From the NCBI GenBank assembly GCA_016214265.1, contig JACROU010000034.1, forward strand, positions 5,878 through 69,877: DNA of 64,000 bases, written 5' to 3'. A program made the position numbers and the translations under genes. This document shows, piece by piece, positions 47,677-58,100 of the stretch (position 1 is its first letter; the number at the start of each line of letters is the position of its first letter). The DNA is from Candidatus Omnitrophota bacterium. Its GTDB lineage: Bacteria > Omnitrophota > Omnitrophia > Omnitrophales > JACROU01. A model generated the notes under the pieces. It had not been told where the DNA came from and did not search any database. It worked only from the letters and a program-made list of their open reading frames with translations.

Positions 47677-49305
47677 TTGAAGATACTCTTAATCAATCCT
47701 TTATTCCCCGATTCCCTGTGGTGCTTTCGAGGGATTCGCCATTTGACCCCCGCTCACGCCCATGCCCCCGTTGGTCTATGCACCGTTGCCGGACTCACCC
47801 CCCCTGATGTAGATGTAGAAATTCTCGATGAAAACGTAGAGCCGATGGATTTTGAGCGGGAATGCGACATTGTCGCAATGACGGCGTTTAACGTTCAGGT
47901 GCCACGGGCGCTAGAAATCGCTGCGGAATTTAGAAAACGCGGCAAAACCCTAGTTTTTGGCGGTCCGTACTCTTCCCTGATCGGCGAAAAGTTCCTCCCT
48001 TTTTATGATGTCTGTTTCAAGGGCGAAACGGAATACACCTGGCCTCAATTTATTGAAGAATACAAGCAGGGCAAGCACAAGCGGCTTTACGTTCAAGAAG
48101 GCAATATCGACATTTCAAAGTCCCCGACGCCCCGTTTTGACCTATTGAAAGCGGATCGCTACGCCTGTTTTTATCTACAAACCACCCGCGGGTGCCCCTT
48201 CAAATGTGAATTCTGCGATATCATCATCTCCGACGGACGCATCCCACGCGCCAAATCCGTCGAGCAAATCATCAAGGAAGCGGAAGTTTTGCGCAAAATC
48301 GGGGCAAACAACGTGACGTTTTCGGACGCCAACTTTATTGGAAATCCCGTTTCCGCAAAAAAAATCCTGGAAGCTCTTGTGGATTGGGGCAAACAGCACA
48401 ATTTCCCGATTCGCTGGAACTGTGAGCTGACAATCAACGTCGCCGAGCGCGACGATCTTCTGGAGCTGGCACGGCAGGCGAATTTCGGCGGCATGTTTTT
48501 CGGTATCGAAACTCCACGCAAATCAAGCCTTTCGGAAACAATGAAAACTGTGAACCTGAAACGCTCGCTCGTGGAAAGCGTACAAAAAGTTCAGTCTTAC
48601 AATATCGTCACCTGGTCCGGCATGATTGTGGGATTCGACCACGACGATAATCAAATTTTTCAGGAACAGCTCGATTTTCTTCAAGAAGCGGGCATCCCCT
48701 TCACCACAGCGGGTATTCTGGTAGCGATTCCGCTTACCCCACTGTATGACCGCCTGGAAAAAGAGGGCCGCCTGACGATGGATCTTTCGCGCATGATTGA
48801 GGATTCGGAAAAATGGCGCGGGCACGGTTCCGGTGATTTGAATTTTATCCCGAAGCTGATGTCGCAGGAGGAAATCAAAACCGGCTACAACTGGTTAATC
48901 CGTGCGATGTACTCGTATGAGGCAATGGCCGAACGCCTGATCAAGTGCTTCTCAAATTTCAGAAAATATGAACCGTTGCGCAAGCCGGACAAATTTAGTT
49001 GGATGGGATTTTTGAAAGGCATGAAGTTTATGGGGCAAATCTTTAAACACTTCGTGCTGACCCGGAATAAAATCCGGCGTCAATTTTTCTTCAAGGTGAT
49101 AAAAGCTTGGTGGGAGAACCGCAAGATTTGGAATCTGGAGCACATTATCAGCTGCCTCACCATTCACATTCACTTCCATTTTTATGTGAATGAGTCACAG
49201 GGCGATCCCGACTCGGCGGGATTTGTCTCGCCCTTCAATGGCATCGAGCCCATGCATCAACCGGTTTCCACTGAACCGACGCTTATTGCTTCGCGTACGG
49301 TTTGA
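47677..49305 (+). CDS. B12-binding radical SAM protein (DUF4070 type)
   Basis: TTG start with GGAGG RBS; DENVE, GGPY, TTRGCPFKCEFC, GIET, GMIVGFDHD, TPLY.RL..EGRL. Confidence 0.9.
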   Translation: MKILLINPLFPDSLWCFRGIRHLTPAHAHAPVGLCTVAGLTPPDVDVEILDENVEPMDFERECDIVAMTAFNVQVPRALEIAAEFRKRGKTLVFGGPYSSLIGEKFLPFYDVCFKGETEYTWPQFIEEYKQGKHKRLYVQEGNIDISKSPTPRFDLLKADRYACFYLQTTRGCPFKCEFCDIIISDGRIPRAKSVEQIIKEAEVLRKIGANNVTFSDANFIGNPVSAKKILEALVDWGKQHNFPIRWNCELTINVAERDDLLELARQANFGGMFFGIETPRKSSLSETMKTVNLKRSLVESVQKVQSYNIVTWSGMIVGFDHDDNQIFQEQLDFLQEAGIPFTTAGILVAIPLTPLYDRLEKEGRLTMDLSRMIEDSEKWRGHGSGDLNFIPKLMSQEEIKTGYNWLIRAMYSYEAMAERLIKCFSNFRKYEPLRKPDKFSWMGFLKGMKFMGQIFKHFVLTRNKIRRQFFFKVIKAWWENRKIWNLEHIISCLTIHIHFHFYVNESQGDPDSAGFVSPFNGIEPMHQPVSTEPTLIASRTV

Positions 49306-49306
49306 T

Positions 49307-49334
49307 TGTCATTCCCGTTTTTTCCGGGATGACA
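49307..49334. terminator. hairpin at the convergent ends of the radical SAM gene and pgi
   Basis: TGTCATTCCCG ... CGGGATGACA stem with one bulge. Confidence 0.45.
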
Positions 49335-50859
49335 TTAAAATTTCTCTCGTCTGAATTTTGTAACCTTCCACGCCGTCCTGCAGATACGTAAAATCTTTGT
49401 AGGTTCCATCCACGAATTGCTCTTTTTCAAGTCCGCGCAGTTTTCCTTCCACCGCAACGATTGACTGAAAAAGATAAATGAAACGCGCCACTTCACGCAC
49501 AGTACGTTCAGGAATCACAATCGTGTAATTAAGAATGCCGCGTTCCGTCGCGTCACGCATAACACCTTCCATCGAAGCCTGTTGCACTTTCGATAGCGGC
49601 AGTCCCTCCATCGATTCAATTTCTTTTCCTTTAATAGCGCTTCCGTGAGGAATTACTGAATCGCGGCCGGCCGCTGTTTTTTGAGTGCCCACAAAAAGCA
49701 CCAGATCCCGCATCGCACCGGTTCCCTCTGCCGCGCCGTTCCAAATCGAATGCATTTTTTCGGAACCGACAATCGAAACAAAATCCATCCCTTGACCGAA
49801 TTTCTGAACCGACTCAGAATAAAGCTGCTGCGCTAAATCGCCCACTTGTTTTAAAAGCGGATCGTAAACAATCATAATCAAGAAAGTTTTTTTCTTTTTT
49901 ACTTCCGCGATTACCTGATTCATCGCCGACTGAAACACCACGTTTTTTTCGTTATCGGCCGGATTATCAAGCATATCAGAAATCGCGTCTTTAATTCCGC
50001 TCATCGCATCCATCACCCGCGAGCGCGGACTTTCGCCTAACTTCTCATTCGCGGTCACCGCTAACGCAAGAAGTCCGACGGGTGAAAAAGCCGAGAACCG
50101 CCCTCCCGTTCCATCGGGCACCGAAAGCATCGCGTAAAACGGATCGATTTTATTCAGCTGAAATAAAAGACTTTTTTCATTCAGACCCGTGGTCGCTACA
50201 AAAAATTGCCCCACCCCGCTTTTTAGATTCAACCGCTTTTGAAGAAAATCGCGGACAATCAAAAACGCGGCCAAAGTTTCCTGAGTACTTCCCGATTTCG
50301 AAATGACATTAAATTTTGTTTTTTGCAAAAGTCCGCGCTTATCCAAGCCTTCGAGTAAATCTGAAACTTTTTCCGGACTAAAATCATTTCCGATGAAATG
50401 AATTTCAGGTGCCCCGCCGCGAGCCTCACGCGGAAGAAAATTATGATGCGTGCTAAGTGTAGACCAGACAATGGCTTGCGTCGTTAAGTCTGAACCACCA
50501 ATTCCCAGATTAACCCACACTTCACACTTTTGGGAGCGCACTTTTTCAGCAACACAAATTACATCCTGAATATTTTTATTTTCGATCACGAGCTTGCCGT
50601 CTTTATCCAGCGGATCTTTGAGGGAAACAGATTCTGGAATTTCTAAATCAATCCACGGAAGTGTCCAGCCCCGAAGAACTTTTTTCAAATGCAAACGGCC
50701 TTTGCCATTAGAGGCGTTGGCAAACTCTTCGCGGAACTTAGTTTGTATTTGTTTTACCTTTCCGCTCAATTCCGTCTTGTCTTGAGGTGTAAACCGGGAA
50801 TTAGATTGGATTTTTTCTGATGAGAGATTTTCTTGTTTGATGTGAACTGAGGTACTCAA
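49309..50859 (-). CDS. pgi: glucose-6-phosphate isomerase (divergent)
   Basis: LGIGGS.L, ISKSGST.ET, GGRFS.FSPVGL, QL..ES..K, HS, Q.GVE..K. Confidence 0.85.
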   Translation of the reverse strand: MSTSVHIKQENLSSEKIQSNSRFTPQDKTELSGKVKQIQTKFREEFANASNGKGRLHLKKVLRGWTLPWIDLEIPESVSLKDPLDKDGKLVIENKNIQDVICVAEKVRSQKCEVWVNLGIGGSDLTTQAIVWSTLSTHHNFLPREARGGAPEIHFIGNDFSPEKVSDLLEGLDKRGLLQKTKFNVISKSGSTQETLAAFLIVRDFLQKRLNLKSGVGQFFVATTGLNEKSLLFQLNKIDPFYAMLSVPDGTGGRFSAFSPVGLLALAVTANEKLGESPRSRVMDAMSGIKDAISDMLDNPADNEKNVVFQSAMNQVIAEVKKKKTFLIMIVYDPLLKQVGDLAQQLYSESVQKFGQGMDFVSIVGSEKMHSIWNGAAEGTGAMRDLVLFVGTQKTAAGRDSVIPHGSAIKGKEIESMEGLPLSKVQQASMEGVMRDATERGILNYTIVIPERTVREVARFIYLFQSIVAVEGKLRGLEKEQFVDGTYKDFTYLQDGVEGYKIQTREILMSSRKKRE

Positions 50860-50930
50860 TGGAAAACTCCTTTCTTAGTGGCCAATAAGGGGGCTATTCT
50901 ACGAAAGGAGTGAAGTTGTGACTAGTGTTT

Positions 50931-52655
50931 TTAAAACTCGGTATTGAGAACGAAATGAATCCGGAAGGTGTCGCCATCGCTGGGGCCATCACCAATTGCC
51001 TCGGCAAGATAAATACGCGCGGTAAAATGATTAAACAAATCCACAAGAACACCACCACCAATACCCATCAGCCATTTTTCATCCTGTTCGCCAGGCAACC
51101 CCTTATTTAGCCAAGACTTGCCGATATCCGTAAATCCGACCAATTGAAATTGCTCGCGCGGTTTTTGTCCAAACAATTCAAAATTTTTGGGAATCAAGTA
51201 CGGTGGAAACCGCAATTCAAACGATCCGGTATATCCTTTATCCCCCAAATAATCTCCTTCCGGATAGCCACGCACTGTCTCCATGCCACCTTCACGAAAC
51301 TGCTCAGAAGAAACCAGCCGGTCCGGCGTAATTTGCATTGCTCCGCGCACCACAACAATCGAATCAAACAAAAAGCGGTTAAAACGCGCGCCGCCAAGAC
51401 TCCATGAGAAAAATTGCCCGCCGGTATCTGGTCGGCTGGCTTTATCATCTTTTTTTTCCAAGGCTCCCAAAAAACTGCTAAATCCCTGGCTGAATTGATT
51501 GGTCAACACTGTCCGGCCCCACTTATCGAATTGAGAAATATTCGGACCGAATCGCAGAACCCGAAGTTCATCATCCGAAACCTCATGCGCCAAAATCCGG
51601 CTTTTGATTGTTGAAATATCAAAACCGCTAGTGAAGTCCCCTTCCCATTTCGGAGTCATAAATAATGGAAACGTAAACGATGGTCCAAATGTTGTTGAGC
51701 GGCCTCGAATCTCAAATTGTTTGACCTTACCGATCAACGACAAGTTGGAATTGCTGAAGTTCATATTGAACGTGTCGCCGCGGGCATCAAGAGGAAATGA
51801 ATACGAAGCCGATTCACCGATAAAAGCATGATATTCTGAAATCACGAAACGGCTTATCATCCGGTCATTGAGCGTTAAAAAATCATTATGCGTCGCGATT
51901 ATATTCTGGCGCGTTGTTCCAGATGACTTAGTTCCAAGATTGTCCCACTGGTGGCCAGCGTGCATCGGAAACTTGTCTTTCACCGTGATAACAACATCGG
52001 TGGCTTCTTTTTCTTTGGCCGGCGCCAAAACAGCACGTGCGGTAATATCAGGATTTCGATTGATGCGGACCAAACTGTTTTCCAAATGCTGGACTTTAAA
52101 TACCTGTCCATGTTTTAAGTGAACCAAGCGCTTAACACCATACTTGGTAAAATGTTTTTCTCCCTGAATTTTAATATCGGCAACCTTACCTTCAAGAATT
52201 CTGATCTCGACTTTGCCTTCCATAATTTTTTGCGGAGGCAGATATGCCTGACTGGTCACGTATCCCTTTGAGCGGTACAAAGCAGTGATTTCTTTGGAAC
52301 ATTGGGCCAGTTCGGGAAGAAGCACTTTCCGATTCTCAAATTTGGCAGTGATTTTTTTGATTTCATTTGAAGGAATAACCGTGTTACCGGAAAAACCAAT
52401 TTCTTTAATAAAAACTTCCTTTTTGGGAAACTCCTGCCCCTCTTGAATAGCGATGGGTTCTTCGATTTCTGGACGTTTTTGGACTTCGGGTTTCTTGAGT
52501 TCACTGGATTTCGCAAATTCGCGGGATTGAGATCCCATCAATTCAACCTGCCGGCTCACATTGGAACCTGGAGGCGGCTGCTGCTGAGCAAAAGCAGTCG
52601 GAAGATTAACCAGCAAACTGCATATGAATAAGAAGATAAAATAATTAGGCTTCAC
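50931..52655 (-). CDS. ShlB/FhaC/HecB-family TpsB outer-membrane transporter
   Basis: Signal peptide; POTRA (GNTVI, IT.LYR.KGY.TS.AYLPPQ...G.V.I.ILEG); DN.G...SG; SSEQF..GG..TVRGY; terminal F. Confidence 0.93.
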   Translation of the reverse strand: MKPNYFIFLFICSLLVNLPTAFAQQQPPPGSNVSRQVELMGSQSREFAKSSELKKPEVQKRPEIEEPIAIQEGQEFPKKEVFIKEIGFSGNTVIPSNEIKKITAKFENRKVLLPELAQCSKEITALYRSKGYVTSQAYLPPQKIMEGKVEIRILEGKVADIKIQGEKHFTKYGVKRLVHLKHGQVFKVQHLENSLVRINRNPDITARAVLAPAKEKEATDVVITVKDKFPMHAGHQWDNLGTKSSGTTRQNIIATHNDFLTLNDRMISRFVISEYHAFIGESASYSFPLDARGDTFNMNFSNSNLSLIGKVKQFEIRGRSTTFGPSFTFPLFMTPKWEGDFTSGFDISTIKSRILAHEVSDDELRVLRFGPNISQFDKWGRTVLTNQFSQGFSSFLGALEKKDDKASRPDTGGQFFSWSLGGARFNRFLFDSIVVVRGAMQITPDRLVSSEQFREGGMETVRGYPEGDYLGDKGYTGSFELRFPPYLIPKNFELFGQKPREQFQLVGFTDIGKSWLNKGLPGEQDEKWLMGIGGGVLVDLFNHFTARIYLAEAIGDGPSDGDTFRIHFVLNTEF

Positions 52656-52735
52656 AAATCCTCCAAAGATATCGGTTTAGTACTTATTATGTATCGGCAG
52701 GACATAAAACCAATTAACAGAAGAAGGTGCCACGG

Positions 52736-55180
52736 CTATTTCTTCTTACCCACTTTTTTCCTGTGAATATAGTCGTAATTAGGAAGTTCCAAATAGAACA
52801 TCTGGAAGTTTTCGTCCACGTAAAACATCCTTCGTTCCAACGAATCGTTGATAAGCTCCGACGCGGCCACCGCAATTTGCGCTTGAATCGTTTCCGCCAC
52901 AATAAGCAAGTTTACTCCATTCCAGTACACGGCACCGTTGTAAGTTCCGAATAAAGTCAATGTGTTAACCGGCCATACCGTGCCTGTCATGTTTACAGAC
53001 ACACCTCCTGCCGCACCCGGAGCAATGACGGTCAATGTGCCTCCGGTGACATTCGCTTCCACCGCATTCAATGCGGTGCCAATTGTGCCCGCCAGTCCCG
53101 ATGCGGTTAATGTGGAATTAGCGCTGGAGGTAAAATTCACCAGCGGACCGTTACCATCCAAAATCGATCCGCCGCCCGTTGTCGAAACAGTAAAACTGCC
53201 GCCCGTCGCCGTTATCGCTCCGGCAGTTATGTCACCGCCGGCCGTGAAATTAATATTGCCGGCTGCTGTTGACAGCGATGCCGCGCATCCATCGCATTCA
53301 TTCAACGCAATATTTCCAACTCCTGTTACCGTCGCTGTTATCGTATCAAAACATACCTCAATCGGACCCGGATTCCCGATACTGCCAGCCGCCGTAAAGT
53401 TTCCGATTCCGCCCGCCAAATCCACACCCAGATCAGTTCCGATTTCCTCAATTTTGCCCGCGGAATTAATCGTAACCGTATCGCCCGCAGCCGCCACATT
53501 GTCTACGTTCACATCGCCGCTTGTCGTTGTTGTAAGAATAACATTGCGTCCGACACCACCTGCCGTCACGGTAGTAAGATTCAGATCCCCGCCAACTGAT
53601 TCCAAAGTAATCGCTCCATTCACCGTGGTCGCGCTGGCCACACCCAATCCGCCGGAAGTATCCTTCACGTTGATCCCGCCCGTTCCCGTCACTTTGAACG
53701 TGGCGGAGTTCATGCTGAAATCCACTTCCAAAGTGCCCGCCTCACCGATACCATTGACCGATGTCAAATCTGCATCGGTGGCCACCAAATCAGCGGCCGC
53801 ATCCGCACCACTTTCCTCAATCGCTCCGGCCGAGTCGAGCGTAATCGTATCGCCGACAGCGCTCACCACATCCACCGACATATCACCGCCCGAGACCACA
53901 TTAACGGAGCCGGAAAATGTCGTCACGTTAGCCAGCGTAATCGCGTCGAATTCTTCAACATTGATGATCCCGGCCGCCGTCACATTGGCCGTCAAAGTAG
54001 TCACATTGGTTTCAAGGGCATCAACCGCAGTCCCAACACCGCCAAGAGAAGTAATCGTAAGGTTATTCGCCGTCACATTCGTAAGCGCCGCCGCGTCGCC
54101 CAGCACCGAACCATTTGTCGCGGTAAGCGTCGCATCATTCGGCGTATTCACCGCACCCGCAGCGCCAAATGTGACGTTCCCGTCCGTTGTCAGTGTGATT
54201 GAAGAATTTCCAGTGCCCGTAATTTCACCATCCACCTGAATCGCCCCGCCCGCCATCGGAGAGCGAATCGTCACGGGATCGCTGAACGAAATTGCGTTCA
54301 CGGTCACCAAACCGGTTCCATCCGCGCGGCCAATTATGATATTGCTGAATCCGTCAACCAACGCTGTGGGTATCGGGATTTGCATGGTTCCGGCCGCACC
54401 CGCGATGCCAATGCTGGTTCCAGCCGCCGCTGGTTGAAGTGTGATCGAACCTGTGCCGCTCACCGATCCCGCGCCACCCGAAAAACTGATTGAATCCGCG
54501 GTCAATGTCAGCGCATTCACACCCGCCGCGAGAATATTGTTAAACGTCATCGTGGAATTTCCGGAATTGAATTCCACGGAATCCGTAGGCGTTACCGGCC
54601 CGCTAAAAGTCATCGTACCAACGGTGGTTGTGTTGTAGGCTGGCGCGTAGGTGCCGGAAATCAGATTCAAACTTCCATTCACCACGACGGGACCGGCAGG
54701 CACATAAGTCTCACCGGCATTATTAATTCTGAGATTGTAGTAAGTCGGATTGTTTACTCGCGTATTCACGGAGGGGACGCTCCCTGAATATTCCACAGTG
54801 GATGTCTGGGGATCAAAGACACCATTGATCACCAACGGGGCCGCGTCAAAAATAACTTGTTTTGGACTCGTGGAGTCGCTCGTCGTCCCCTCACCTAATT
54901 GGCCGTACGCGTTATACCCCCACGCGTACACTGCCGCATCTCCCGTCGTCATGGCTATCGAATGGGCGCCGCCACCGGCGATCTTCGAAATATTTTGTAA
55001 AAATCCGGTGCCACCAACGCCCAACACTTCTATCGGTATCAAGGAATTGTTGGTTGTGCCGTCGCCTATCTGGCCGAAATTATTGATTCCCCAAGCGTAG
55101 ACACGCGAGCCATCACTTTTCAGCTCGACCGTGTGAACATACCCGGTCTTGATAAATGATATATTCTTCAGGAATCCCAC
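52736..55180 (-). pseudogene. C-terminal fragment of the giant exoprotein (out of frame with the upstream part)
   Basis: Begins mid-RCC1 repeat ([13 protein letters not shown]), has no signal peptide, continues the same beta-helix repeats; junction near 55194. Confidence 0.7.
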
Positions 55181-58100
55181 ACCGCCGACGCCCAGAAACC
55201 GTTATTGGAGAGGGCCACGCTGTGATAGCTGCCTGCATCGATTTGGGAAATATTCAGCAGAATTCCAAAGCCGCTAATGTCGACAACTTCTACTGGCACC
55301 GAGGAATCATTCATCGTTCCGTCACCCAACTGACCCGACGCGTTATCTCCCCACGCCAACACGGTTCCATCAGTCTTCAGAGCGACCGTATGATAAAACC
55401 CGGCAGCAACTTGAACTATGTCCTGCAGATTTCCAATTCCACCCATTCCCAAAACTTCGACCGGGACCAAGGCATCATTCATCGTGCCGTCACCTAACTG
55501 ACCTTTATTATTTCCTCCCCATGCGTAAACCTTCGGGCCTTCACCACTCTTCAGAGCCACCGTATGGAAAAGTCCCGTATCAATCTGAGAAATATTTTGC
55601 AAATAATCCACGCCGCCGACGCCCAATACCTCCACCGGCGTTGACGAATTGCCCGTCGCACCGTTATTGCCCAACTGGCCGTGATCATTGCTTCCCCACG
55701 CGTAAACGCGCGAGCCATCGCTTTTCAGCGCGACCGTGTGATCATATCCGGTCTTGATAAATGATATATTCTTCAGGAATCCCACACCGCCGACGCCCAA
55801 CACCTCGACCGGCACAGAAGAATTATTCGTCGTCCCATCACCCAACTGACCCTGCGCATTGTATCCCCACGCATAAACCAAACCATCCATCGTAAGTGCA
55901 ACAGTAAAATAACCACCGCCGGCAATCTGACTGATGTTACTGAGAGTCCCGACGGCCGTTGTGTTGAGATTCCATGTTCCGCTTCCTGCTTCAAGCCGAT
56001 GATTGAGCTCTACCGTCAGCTGACCTGACACGGTAACCTGATTTGCCAGGATTTTTGAAGTCACTTCCGCGGTCGCGCCGTCGCCGAAGGTGAGATGATT
56101 GAACGTCCAGTCAGTCGCACCGCCAAAATTGCCGGTGCCCGCGAGCGAAAATGTTCCGCCGATAAGATTAATCGTACCGTCACCCGTCACATCGCCGCCC
56201 TGAACTGCAATATTCTTTGTGCCAATCAATGATCCGGCTGTTACCTGCAAGTCTCCTGCCATCGTGAGCGCGTCCGTTGGCTCGAGCGTGCCTGATCCGG
56301 AGTACGTTAAATTATTGAAGTTTGATCCGCCGCTAGTGATCGTTTGCGCGGACGTACCATCAAAAGTTACGGTGCCGGATCCAGCCGTGAACGTGCCGGA
56401 ATTTGTCCAGTTGCCGGCTACCTTGATATTCTGGCCACCGCTAGCCAGATCACCGGCAGTAATTATCACATTGCCATTCACATCGAGGGCATCAATCAGC
56501 ACAGCGCTTCCAGCTGATTTGTTCACGGTGAAATTATTAAAACTCGTTCCACTCGAAGTAATATTTTGTATGCCAGCTCCATCGAATGTCACCGTTCCAG
56601 TGTTCGCGTTAAAGGTGGCGCCCGTATTCGTCCAGTTACCTCCGACATTAATTGAATTGGATCCGGCAACAAGAACCGAAGCGCTGGTCACCTCGCCGCC
56701 CAAGGTATGGAACGTGGAAGGATTTGATTGGTTATTGTATTCGGTCTGAATCCATTCGGCTGATCGGGCTGTCGAGGAGAAGCGAACTTCGTCGATTCTG
56801 CCAGCAACATAATAAGGGATATTGTTATAGGTATGCCCACCGATGCGTAAAGGATTCGACGAATCAGTCCAGACCGCCGTAGTGTCTGAAGCAACGTTCG
56901 CCGTGTTAACATAAATGGTCGTTGTGCCCGCCGATGTCACAACAACTGCGTTATACCATTGTCCCGAAGAGATAATTCCCCCGGCACTCACTATTTCATT
57001 GATCCCTGCCCTGCCCACGCCTACCCTGCCATCCCCGTAATAATATATGGCCCAATTCTGGTCATTATTGACCTGATTCACGAGCCCGCCGGCATCAGCC
57101 GCAGTCGCTGGCATCGTGTCGACATAAAACCATACGCTGATCGTACCGTCTGACGTAGTGAGGTTCCAGCTATTGCTGTCAGGAATACTGATATAATCGT
57201 TTATTCCGCCAAAGCTTCCCGCCCCATCAATCTGTCCTGCTGTCGCCGTCGGACCGAGTATCAATCCATTGTTTGCGTTAGCCGTCGAGTCAGTCGTGCT
57301 TAAAACCGTTCCGTCTGCCAGATGCCACACGCCGGCATAGTTCGAATCCCACACCGCCGACGCGTTCTGAGTATCCGCAGTAGCGCTCGCGCCGTAATCA
57401 AGGTAGAGCGTCGTATCCCGCACACTCGACAGATCCGCCTTCACCCAAGCGATGAGTTTGCCCGTCGTATCATCGTAATATTCGACTTGATACGGCATCA
57501 CGGCGCCAAGTGCATCCGTAAACTTGATCGTATAATTAGAACCGTTTTGCACTTTGCCGATGAGGCTTGCATCTGTGACGCTCACGAGAACCGGGAAGCC
57601 CGTCAAGTCTGCCGGAACTTTCGTGCGATCAATGATGATGGCGCGTCGGGATGAATAGCCACTCTGCCACTGAATATTTAGGTTTCCGCGAACATTGAAG
57701 GCATCCTGCAACGTATAAGTTCCCGACAAAATCGTAACGTTGTTGAAACTGGCGCCGCCGGAAGTAATTGTGTGACTGCCAACACCGTCAAACGTTGCTG
57801 TGCTCGTACCCGGTGTAAACGTTCCGCCTGAAATCGTGAAGTTGCCTCGATAATATTGCGTGCCGGAAGCAGCGGTAAGACTGCCGCCCGTCATCGTCAA
57901 GTCACCATTCAATGTCATGTCGAAAGTAGCCATGTCGAAATTGCTGGTCGAAATCGGCAGATCGCCGGTGAGAACCACATTTCCGGTCAGCGAAACATCG
58001 CTGGCAAAGTTGATGGTGCGACCCGCTCCGAGTCCGGTATTAATGTCGCCGGCCAAATTCACAATACCGACACCGTTCTGAACAAAATTTCCATCCAAAG

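Noticed and set aside
52962-54239. 425-aa plus-strand ORF, and other long antisense ORFs such as 4090-5031, 22599-23444 and 41119-41892
   Set aside because: Mirror frames of well-supported minus-strand genes; no recognisable motifs.
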